64,000 bases of DNA. Origin: Caldisericota bacterium (lineage in GTDB: Bacteria > Caldisericota > Caldisericia > JAAYUI01). The notes below the pieces were generated by a model. It searched no databases. It was not told the origin of the DNA and saw only the letters and a program-made list of their open reading frames with translations. The stretch is taken from contig JAKPMO010000004.1 in assembly GCA_029548865.1 (NCBI GenBank), positions 1 to 64,000 of the forward strand, given 5' to 3'. The translations under genes and the position numbers were made by a program. Below are positions 56,292-64,000 of the stretch, in pieces; position 1 is the stretch's first letter; each line of letters opens with the position of its first letter.

Positions 56292-58838
56292 TTAGTACCA
56301 GAGCCTCACTATTGTTATTTCCTTTGTCTCGGAGGCCCATTTCACGTCACAGTCAAAGGCTTCGGCGATTGCCCTGAAAGGTACAAACGTTGAGCCGTTC
56401 TTTATGAGCGGCGCAACAGTGAGTGACTTTTTTACTCCGTTGACCACCATTATCTTTGTGCCTATCTGCATAATTATTTGTTTTTCGCCAAGGACGATCT
56501 CGATGCTTTTTGATGCCTGGTCGTATTGGACTGTGGCCCCAAGGGCCTCTGAAATGACCCTGATGGGCACCATTGTTGTTCCTCGCTCAATGAAGGGAGG
56601 TACCGGGATTGGTTTTGTTGATCCATTGACAAGCATTGAGTTTGACCCAACCTGGAGCACGACGGTTGTTCTTCTGAAGTTTTCAAACTCGAATGTTTGT
56701 GAGGCGGCCTTGTTGCCGGCTTTGTCCCACGCTTCAACTGTGATGGTGTTTTTGCCGTATGTGCACTCAAGCTCGAACTCAAAACCAGCAGAAGTATTCT
56801 GGTTTTTGTCACCAATGATAATTTTGGATGACTCGTTCACCTTACCTTTTATCTTTATCGTTTTGGCTTCAATTATTTTTGGATCCAAAGCCTCAATTTG
56901 CATTTCGGGCGGGACCGTGTCCAATGTGATGGTTATTGTTTTGCGTGTGGAATTGCCGTTGGTATCAGTTGCAACTATCGTTATGGCATTGTCTCCTTCT
57001 CCAAGGAATATTTCAGCGAAAAACCTGCCATCCTGACCTACTGTTGCATCCGTTTCTGCGACTTTCACTTTTGCGCCAGGCTCAGTTTGCCCTGTGATTT
57101 TCAGTTTTGGATTATTGAAAAGCAACGGAACGTTGTTAATTGTGAGTTCTGGTGGAGTTTCGTCCCTTTTTACCTGTATGTCTTGCGAGAAAGAACCAAA
57201 GTTGCCTGCAGCGATATTGATTGTCAATTTGCCGGGTTTGTCTGGCATGACATCAAAATTGGCTTTTCCAAGTTCGTTTGTGTATTGTGTTTCGAGGATG
57301 CCTCCACCCATGACCTGGACCCTTGCCCTGTCGATTGGCTTGTTGTCATTTTTTGTTGTGACAGTGACTTCAATGTGGGCTGGTTTCCCAACTTCGAGTT
57401 TTTCCGGAGAAACGGAAACAGTTGCGCTGATCTGTGAGGTTGATTGTCTGCCAGACGCCAGGTTGAATGCCACCCATCCGTCCATATCGAGCATGAAAGT
57501 GCCATCTGGCCTGTATCTTTTTCTGACATCCTGCGGATCCGTTTCATTTATTGGTCCTCTACCGGCAAAATCAGATTGCCCGTAATGGTTTGCTCCAACG
57601 AGGCAAGTTATTCCGCAAACATCATTGGCAAAGATGTAGAACATTGTTTTTCCGCCAAAATCGAGTTCAAGAGAGTCTCTGTAATCCAGCTTGCCATCCT
57701 CATTTATGTCAGGGAACAGATAGCAGCCAGCGTATGGGGAATTGTAGATGCACCCCATTCCCCACCCGGTTGTCTGGTCGGTGTAGTCAAAGAGATAGCC
57801 GGTTGCATAAGTTCCATCATCCCATTTTGTGCATGTTGTGTTGTAAAAAGTTTTATAATTTGTTTCCTCGAACCTTCTGGTTGACGGGTTCCAGTTTCTT
57901 ACCCTGAATCCTGCTATATCATAAATCTCCCTGTTGGTTTCTTCCAGAGAGCCACTATTGTTGTAATCAATACCAAGATTTATGTAGTATCTGTCACCCA
58001 TATCGACGATGTATTCGAGATTTTTGCCGGTGAGTGGGTCTCTCTCAAGCACGATGTGTGGTTTGCTGTAATAGAAATTTGCAAGCATTGTTGTGCCAAC
58101 AGTCAGTCTTGAGGCGGTATAGCTGCTGCATGTCTGGACACCCTTTGAGTTGCCCCTGATCAGTTTGCCATCGGAAGTCTGGACAGTGGCTGTGATGCCA
58201 TAAATCCTGTTGTCTGCGGCTGTCATTACAAAATCAGGGTCACCTGGGGTGTGAAAGACCCTTTTTTCGGGATCTTCAATGTTGAATATGGCATAATCAA
58301 TGAGAGGTGCTCTGACTTTTACGGTTGTAATGCCGGTAAATTTCCTGTCAGGCGTAAATACCTGGATTTTGAATTCTCCAACATCGTTTGCACAAAAACC
58401 CTTGAAGATGTAGACCCCATCTCTTGCCATTGAGAAGTCAATTTCAATTGGCTGAATGCCAAAAAGTGTTTTATTGTTGATGTCTGTGCCATCATCATTG
58501 TGGAGATCGAGCCTTACCCAATAGTATTGGTCTAGCGTTTCGGGATGCGGGTCTTTGAAAAGATTGTTCCATACATTTTTATTTTCAATAGATCCGCCTT
58601 GTGTAAGGTCAATCGGTGTTCCTGACGAATCGGTGACTTTTATTGTGAATGGTGTTGCCGTGTCAACAAGCTCAGGAACAACACCAGCAGTAAGGACATT
58701 TGGCGTAGTTGACACTATGAGCGTTGAGACTGGCTGCAGTGTTTTGTCTATCCCATCAGCAGTGTTATTGGCTGCTTGCACAAAAGTCACCGGTATCGCG
58801 AGAAGAAAGACAAGAAACATTATTGAAACTTTCTTCAT
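56292..58838 (-). CDS. Secreted protein: uncharacterised N-terminal region, Ig-like domains, C-terminal stalk domain
   Basis: Signal peptide (VQA-A), Ig-like TGQTEPGAKV/DTVPP, 'GTTMVPIRVISEALGATV' and 'GSTFVPFRAIAEAF'; AGGAGG SD. Confidence 0.88.
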   Translation of the reverse strand: MKKVSIMFLVFLLAIPVTFVQAANNTADGIDKTLQPVSTLIVSTTPNVLTAGVVPELVDTATPFTIKVTDSSGTPIDLTQGGSIENKNVWNNLFKDPHPETLDQYYWVRLDLHNDDGTDINNKTLFGIQPIEIDFSMARDGVYIFKGFCANDVGEFKIQVFTPDRKFTGITTVKVRAPLIDYAIFNIEDPEKRVFHTPGDPDFVMTAADNRIYGITATVQTSDGKLIRGNSKGVQTCSSYTASRLTVGTTMLANFYYSKPHIVLERDPLTGKNLEYIVDMGDRYYINLGIDYNNSGSLEETNREIYDIAGFRVRNWNPSTRRFEETNYKTFYNTTCTKWDDGTYATGYLFDYTDQTTGWGMGCIYNSPYAGCYLFPDINEDGKLDYRDSLELDFGGKTMFYIFANDVCGITCLVGANHYGQSDFAGRGPINETDPQDVRKRYRPDGTFMLDMDGWVAFNLASGRQSTSQISATVSVSPEKLEVGKPAHIEVTVTTKNDNKPIDRARVQVMGGGILETQYTNELGKANFDVMPDKPGKLTINIAAGNFGSFSQDIQVKRDETPPELTINNVPLLFNNPKLKITGQTEPGAKVKVAETDATVGQDGRFFAEIFLGEGDNAITIVATDTNGNSTRKTITITLDTVPPEMQIEALDPKIIEAKTIKIKGKVNESSKIIIGDKNQNTSAGFEFELECTYGKNTITVEAWDKAGNKAASQTFEFENFRRTTVVLQVGSNSMLVNGSTKPIPVPPFIERGTTMVPIRVISEALGATVQYDQASKSIEIVLGEKQIIMQIGTKIMVVNGVKKSLTVAPLIKNGSTFVPFRAIAEAFDCDVKWASETKEITIVRLWY

Positions 58839-58928
58839 TTTACCTCCTCTTATTTACTTGAAGATACAGTTTTTGGTGTTTTTTGGTTCAAAGAAATCTT
58901 TTATCAAGGGACTTGTTTTGATACGGAT

Positions 58929-59846
58929 ATGATGCTAAAATTCCTCGTTCGAAGGGCCATGATTCAAGCATTGCAAAGAAGCGAGAAAATTTCAAAGCTC
59001 TACAGGCTTGCCTCACCATGCAACCTTTGCCCCAGAAAATGTGGAGCAATGAGAAATAAAGGTGAGGTGGGATATTGCCGCGCGCCCATGACTGTGAAAA
59101 TATCCTCAACCGGTCCTCATCCAGGAGAAGAGCCGCCAATTTCTGGGAAAAATGGTTCAGGCACAATCTTTTTCACATATTGCACAATGTCGTGTAAGTT
59201 TTGCCAAAATTATCCGATCTCTCAATTGCATAATGGCTATGAAGTAACGGTTGAAAAGCTTGCAGAAATTATGCTGGAGCAGCAAACAAGAGGTTGCCAC
59301 AATGTAAACCTTGTGACCCCAACACATTATGCTGCACAAATTGCAGAAGCAATTGAGATTGCTAAAGCGGGTGGACTTTCTATTCCAATTGTTTATAATT
59401 GTTCTGGTTTTGAATCAGTTGAAGTGTTAAAATTTTTGGAAGGATTTATTGACATTTATCTTCCAGATGCGAAATATGATTCAGATAGCGAAGCACTAAG
59501 AAATTCTGGTGCGGTAAAATATGTTGAGAACAATAGGGTGGCTTTGGTTGAGATGTACAGGCAGGTTGGTAATCTAGTAATGGACGAAAATGGGATCGCA
59601 AAGAGAGGTCTCATAATAAGGCATCTGGTTCTTCCGGAGGGAAGGGCTGGAACAAAAGGAGTTTTGAACTGGATTGTAAAAAATATTCCAAACGTCCATC
59701 TTTCGCTGATGAGCCAATATTTTCCTGCTCACAGAGCGCTTTCAGAGCCAGGTTTAAACAGGAACATAACAGAAGATGAATATGAAGAGGCACTTGACTG
59801 CCTTGAGGAGGTGGGGATAACAAATGGTTGGACACAGCCGTTTTAG
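58929..59846 (+). CDS. Radical SAM protein, PflX-like (start may be ATG 58959)
   Basis: CNLCPRKC, GEEPPISG..GSGTIFF, CTMSCKFCQN, IRHLVLP. Confidence 0.88.
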   Translation: MMLKFLVRRAMIQALQRSEKISKLYRLASPCNLCPRKCGAMRNKGEVGYCRAPMTVKISSTGPHPGEEPPISGKNGSGTIFFTYCTMSCKFCQNYPISQLHNGYEVTVEKLAEIMLEQQTRGCHNVNLVTPTHYAAQIAEAIEIAKAGGLSIPIVYNCSGFESVEVLKFLEGFIDIYLPDAKYDSDSEALRNSGAVKYVENNRVALVEMYRQVGNLVMDENGIAKRGLIIRHLVLPEGRAGTKGVLNWIVKNIPNVHLSLMSQYFPAHRALSEPGLNRNITEDEYEEALDCLEEVGITNGWTQPF

Positions 59847-61818
59847 GTTCTTCTCACTCCTTTTTGTCCTTGTTTGTATAATTGCTGGCTCAAGTGCCAG
59901 TGCGGCTTCCAACGAATGGTTTACTTTCAAGGGTGGCTACCTTAGAAGTTCCTATACTCAAGTCTATGTCGAGCCAGAAGTCCAAAAGGTAAGCTGGAAA
60001 TTTAATTCTGGTTCTTCCATATCCTGCTCGCCAGTCACAACTAAGAACTCGGTTTATGATTGCACCGAAAATGGCTATGTATATTGCATTGATGCCAATG
60101 ATGGTACCAAAAACTGGGAGTTCCCCAATAATTCCGTAAAGGATTATGTTGATGACGATGGTAATAGACCATGGCCAAATGGCGCAATAGATTTTCAAAG
60201 GGCAAGACTCACAACCCCAGTAACAGTCTTTGACAACAGGGTCTATCTCCCCTATGGCCAAATGCTCGTTGTTCTCAATGCTGATTCAGGGAAGTTTCTT
60301 TTCAGGGTTGATCTTTCGGGCCCAGGGCACAGGGCAAACATTACAACATCTCCTTTGGTGTCAAAGCTCCACAAGGTCATTATTGTTGGTGCAAGCAATG
60401 GCTGGCTTTATGGATTTGATATTGAAGGCAGGGACCCGCAGATAAGGTGGAGAATGCCTGAACCATCAGGCACCGGGGACCAGATTGAAAGCAGTCCTGT
60501 CCTTCTTGGAAACAATGTGTATTTTGGATCAAATTCGAGGAGTTTCTATTGTGTTGAATTGAAGATCCCTGCTTCCGACAAAGGTGTTAGAACACAGGAC
60601 ACTCCAGAACTGAAATGGGTGACGAAGCTTGATGGGCCCGTTTCAAGCTCACCCGCATCAACTGGCTCAAGTGTCAATACAGCAAAAATAATTGTTTGCT
60701 CAGAAACTGGGAAAATATATGCAATCTCAGCTTCTTCGGGTTCCATAATTTGGACCTACGATGCTGGGGGCAAGATAGATGGCTCACCGGCCATTTCTGC
60801 CAACAACAGGATCGTAATTGCTTCGGCAAGAAAAATCATTTGCCTGGATGAAAACGGTAAACTTGTCTGGGACACGCTTACAACAAAAGAATCTATCTCA
60901 ACGCCATCTATCGGTAAAGATTATGTTTATGTTACCTCCCTTGATGGTAAAGTGTATGTTTTCAGCCTGTCAAACGGTGCCCAGCTGTCAGTCAAGAGAA
61001 CTAGTACCGCAATAAGATCATCACCAGCAATAGCCTACGGCAAGCTCTTTTTTGGCGGGGATGACGGAAACATCTATTCGCTGGAACATGGTGAGGACCC
61101 ACCAACTCTTGCTGTTTCAAAATCAAACTTTTCTTACCAGAATGTAACGCCCAACTCAAAGATTGACAGCAATGATGACCTTTGGGTTGAAAATGTTGGT
61201 GGCGGTGAATTGGATATCGAAATATCGTCATCAAGATCATGGATAACAGTAAATCCTGATAAGTTGACCCTCCAGAGTGGAAAATCCCGCACGATCCAGA
61301 TGATGATAAATACTCAGGGTCTTTCTCCTGGCAGATACTCGGCGATCATTAAGGTTATAACCAATGGTGGTTCGGTCTCAATAACTGTAGATCTCAATAT
61401 AGTACCGGTTCAGGACACAATCATCGTTTTGACTGTTGGCTCCACAAACGCTCTTGTGAATGGTTCCTTCAAGAAAATTGATGCCAAGCCATACAAACTT
61501 CCGAGTGGAACAATCATGGTTCCGTTGAGATTTGTTGCCGAATCCTTTGAATGCCAGGTCATCTGGGATCAGCCAACAAAAACGGTAACGATAATCTATA
61601 ACCGCCGAGGAATAACAGTTTATGTTACCATTGGAAGCAAGACAGCCTTCATTGAATACCGCCGCGGTGGTGGAAAAATACCGATCCTGATGAAGGACCC
61701 ACCGGTTATTGTTGGTGGAAAAACGTTTGTTCCAGTACAATTCATGGCCCAAGCTTTTGATGCTAGGTGGGTAATGATCTCTGCCAGTCAGATAAAGATA
61801 ACGATCAAGGGTTCGTAA
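59824..61818 (+). CDS. Secreted PQQ-like beta-propeller protein with BACON-like and stalk domains
   Basis: Signal peptide, repeated SSP...G..Y.....G...W blades, SWITVNP, C-terminal 'IMVPLRFVAESF'. Confidence 0.85.
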   Translation: MVGHSRFRFFSLLFVLVCIIAGSSASAASNEWFTFKGGYLRSSYTQVYVEPEVQKVSWKFNSGSSISCSPVTTKNSVYDCTENGYVYCIDANDGTKNWEFPNNSVKDYVDDDGNRPWPNGAIDFQRARLTTPVTVFDNRVYLPYGQMLVVLNADSGKFLFRVDLSGPGHRANITTSPLVSKLHKVIIVGASNGWLYGFDIEGRDPQIRWRMPEPSGTGDQIESSPVLLGNNVYFGSNSRSFYCVELKIPASDKGVRTQDTPELKWVTKLDGPVSSSPASTGSSVNTAKIIVCSETGKIYAISASSGSIIWTYDAGGKIDGSPAISANNRIVIASARKIICLDENGKLVWDTLTTKESISTPSIGKDYVYVTSLDGKVYVFSLSNGAQLSVKRTSTAIRSSPAIAYGKLFFGGDDGNIYSLEHGEDPPTLAVSKSNFSYQNVTPNSKIDSNDDLWVENVGGGELDIEISSSRSWITVNPDKLTLQSGKSRTIQMMINTQGLSPGRYSAIIKVITNGGSVSITVDLNIVPVQDTIIVLTVGSTNALVNGSFKKIDAKPYKLPSGTIMVPLRFVAESFECQVIWDQPTKTVTIIYNRRGITVYVTIGSKTAFIEYRRGGGKIPILMKDPPVIVGGKTFVPVQFMAQAFDARWVMISASQIKITIKGS

Positions 61819-62575
61819 TAGAAAAAAATCTCCTTGCGTTTGCCGTTGTAATCTCAGCCATCTTTTCTACTGAACATTTCCTTATATTCGCTAGCCTTAT
61901 TAGGGTATGCCTGATATAGGAAGGCTCGTTTCTTTTGCCTCTCAGGGGCACAGGGGAAAGATAAGGGCAATCTGTCTCAACCATGATGAGGTCTTCTGGT
62001 GCAATGGTGGCTGCCATCTCGAGACGCTCGTTTCTTGGATATGTCAACGGCCCGCCAAAAGAAAGATGGTAACCTCTTTCAAATGCCCATTCTGCCATGA
62101 GAGTGTCTCCTGAAAAACAATGCAGGACAACTGACTCTGGTGAATGTTCTTCAAGCATCCTCATTACATCACCCTGGGCGTCCCTGCTATGTATCACTAC
62201 TGGTTTTCCAAGATTTTTTGCTATCTCGATCTGCTCCGAGAATACTTCTCGCTGGGTTTGCCTGTATGATAGATCACGGTAGTAATCAAGGCCAATCTCC
62301 CCAATGGCAACAACCTTTTCTCTGCCAGATAGCTCAATGATCCAGCTTCTGATCTCGGAGCCCCATTTTTTGGCTTCATGCGGATGGATGCCAACTGTGG
62401 CAAAAATCTCTCTGTTGTTTTGTGCCAGAGATACCGACCTTGAAGATGATTCAAGGTCAAATCCAACATTTATTATCTGGCAAACATCGCCCTCTTTTGC
62501 CCTTTTAAGCACCCTTTCAAACTCGCCTTTGAAATCAGGGAGGTCAAGATGGGCATGAGTATCAATAATTTCCAT
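61805..62575 (-). CDS. tatD: TatD family deoxyribonuclease
   Basis: DTHAH, GIHP, GEIGLDY, HSR, HCF, ETDCPY. Confidence 0.93.
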   Translation of the reverse strand: MEIIDTHAHLDLPDFKGEFERVLKRAKEGDVCQIINVGFDLESSSRSVSLAQNNREIFATVGIHPHEAKKWGSEIRSWIIELSGREKVVAIGEIGLDYYRDLSYRQTQREVFSEQIEIAKNLGKPVVIHSRDAQGDVMRMLEEHSPESVVLHCFSGDTLMAEWAFERGYHLSFGGPLTYPRNERLEMAATIAPEDLIMVETDCPYLSPVPLRGKRNEPSYIRHTLIRLANIRKCSVEKMAEITTANARRFFSITNP

Positions 62576-63999
62576 TATTTGACCATGGAACCTGGGACCA
62601 CCGGACCTTCTGGAGACAGGACAAAAACATTTCCTGTTTCCATGTCGGTTGCGGCAAGGAGCATTCCCTGGGAGATTATGCCGCGCAATTTTGCAGGCTT
62701 CAGGTTTGCAACAACCACAATTGTTTTGCCGATCAGGTCTTCTGGTTTGTAGAATTTTGCTATTCCTGCAGCAATTGTTCTCTGTTCTGTGCCAATGTCG
62801 ATTGTCAGCTTCAAGAGCTTGTCGGCACCCTCAACCTTTTCAGCGCTTAGGATTTTTGCCACCCTGAATTTGAATTTCTGGAAGTCTTCAATAGCCATCA
62901 GTTCTTCATCCTGTTGTACAAATTCGACTTTTTGTGGCTCTGCAGGTTTTTCGGCAGGCAGGTTTTGCTTTTTCTGTATCCTTGGGAACATAACATCAGC
63001 CTTGTTTGTGATCGTTCCTGGTTTGATCTGGCCAAGGGCGAGGCCCGCTATTGTTGGGGGAGTGTCTAGGCCAACTGCGTTTGCGAGTATTTTTGCGGTG
63101 TTGAAAACAAAAGGGTTCACAAGCGCTGAAATTACCCTTATTCCATCGGTGAGTGTGTAGTGGAGATCGGCAAGCTCCTCTTTTTTGCCCTGCTTCACGA
63201 GCTCCCAGGGTTTTTTGACTTCGATGAGTGTGTTGAGTGTGTTGATGAAGCCCCATATTGCCTCGAGCGCCTGGCCAAACTTGAATTCTTCCATGCGCTC
63301 GGTGAAAACCTTCATTGTTTCTGCGAACTTCTCGCTTGCCTCAGACAGAACTTTTCCGTTCGGCACGATGCCCTCAAAGTTTTTCTGGAGCATCTGTTGC
63401 GACCTGTTCAGAAGGTTGCCGAGGTCGTTTGCAAGATCAGAATTATATCTACCCTCGAAATTTGCCCTTGAAAAATCACCATCTTCACCAAATGGGAGTT
63501 CCCTGAACAGAAAATATCTGAAAGCATCTTGTGCCAATTCCTCTTTACACCCCGAGATTGCAACAAGGTTTTCAACCTCAATGTGTGGCTTGACGAAATT
63601 TCCAAGCGATTTGCTCATTTTTTTGCCATCACATGTCCACCAGCCGTGGGCAAAAATGTGTTTTGGTAATGGAAGGCCAAGTGCCATGAGCATTGCCGGC
63701 CATATTATGCAGTGGAACCTTATGATGTCTTTCCCTACGAGGTGAACATCGGCAGGCCAGATATTTTTGAAGCCCTCGGGATTGGATTCAAACCCTGCGG
63801 CTGTTATGTAATTTATCAGCGCATCGGCCCAGACATAAACCACATGTTTTTCATCAAATGGTGCCTTTATGCCCCAATCCACCCCTGTTCTTGTGAACGA
63901 GACATCGCGCAATCCTTCTTTGATGACTGAATAGACCTCATTGAACCTTGCTTTTGGCATTACAAAATCAGGGTTCTCGTCATAATGCTTCAGGAGCTT
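62575..63999 (-). CDS. metG: Methionine--tRNA ligase with C-terminal tRNA-binding domain; 5'-partial
   Basis: YVWADAL, GKDIIRFH, KMSKS, C-terminal OB-fold; frame open to window edge. Confidence 0.96.
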   Translation of the reverse strand, partial: KLLKHYDENPDFVMPKARFNEVYSVIKEGLRDVSFTRTGVDWGIKAPFDEKHVVYVWADALINYITAAGFESNPEGFKNIWPADVHLVGKDIIRFHCIIWPAMLMALGLPLPKHIFAHGWWTCDGKKMSKSLGNFVKPHIEVENLVAISGCKEELAQDAFRYFLFRELPFGEDGDFSRANFEGRYNSDLANDLGNLLNRSQQMLQKNFEGIVPNGKVLSEASEKFAETMKVFTERMEEFKFGQALEAIWGFINTLNTLIEVKKPWELVKQGKKEELADLHYTLTDGIRVISALVNPFVFNTAKILANAVGLDTPPTIAGLALGQIKPGTITNKADVMFPRIQKKQNLPAEKPAEPQKVEFVQQDEELMAIEDFQKFKFRVAKILSAEKVEGADKLLKLTIDIGTEQRTIAAGIAKFYKPEDLIGKTIVVVANLKPAKLRGIISQGMLLAATDMETGNVFVLSPEGPVVPGSMVK

Positions 64000-64000
64000 G

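Overview
A 64-kb, very gene-dense stretch of bacterial core chromosome. No prophage, IS, integrase or CRISPR array is visible. Three secreted proteins ending in copper-amine-oxidase N-terminal-like ('stalk') domains, Firmicutes/Thermus-like housekeeping genes and anaerobic enzymes (4-subunit 2-oxoacid:ferredoxin oxidoreductase, PPi-type PFK) suggest an anaerobe, plausibly Caldisericota; this is inference only. Contents in order: stalk protein (partial), tldD/pmbA; a reduced dcw cluster (rnpB-rsmH-ftsL-ftsI-murE-murF-speE); dnaE-pfk-histidine kinase-DUF4097-TlpA; an AT-rich orphan; ycaQ-like glycosylase; L20 leader-infC-rpmI-rplT-glmM; a 20-kb plus-strand run (mae, tgt, HD, thrS, zinc finger, Clp ATPase, DUF4330, murJ, LCP, O-antigen ligase, CBS, glyQS, korDABC, glnA); HAD-mnmA; rpsO-pnp-M16-UDG-rnj-NUDIX-queT-split nadE; roadblock; two more stalk proteins, PflX-like radical SAM, tatD, metG (partial). 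Main oddities: (1) MurE and MurF with altered amino-acid-binding motifs, coupled to an aminopropyltransferase, suggesting a non-canonical peptidoglycan stem; (2) an RNase P RNA lacking P18 that sits in the mraZ position and overlaps the rsmH start; (3) a sensor kinase 192 codons longer than the ORF track shows, with an apparent ATA start; (4) a Clp ATPase with short M-domain and no ClpP loop, coupled to a stand-alone zinc finger; (5) several apparently leaderless genes, including dnaE. All calls come from reading motifs; no searches were run.
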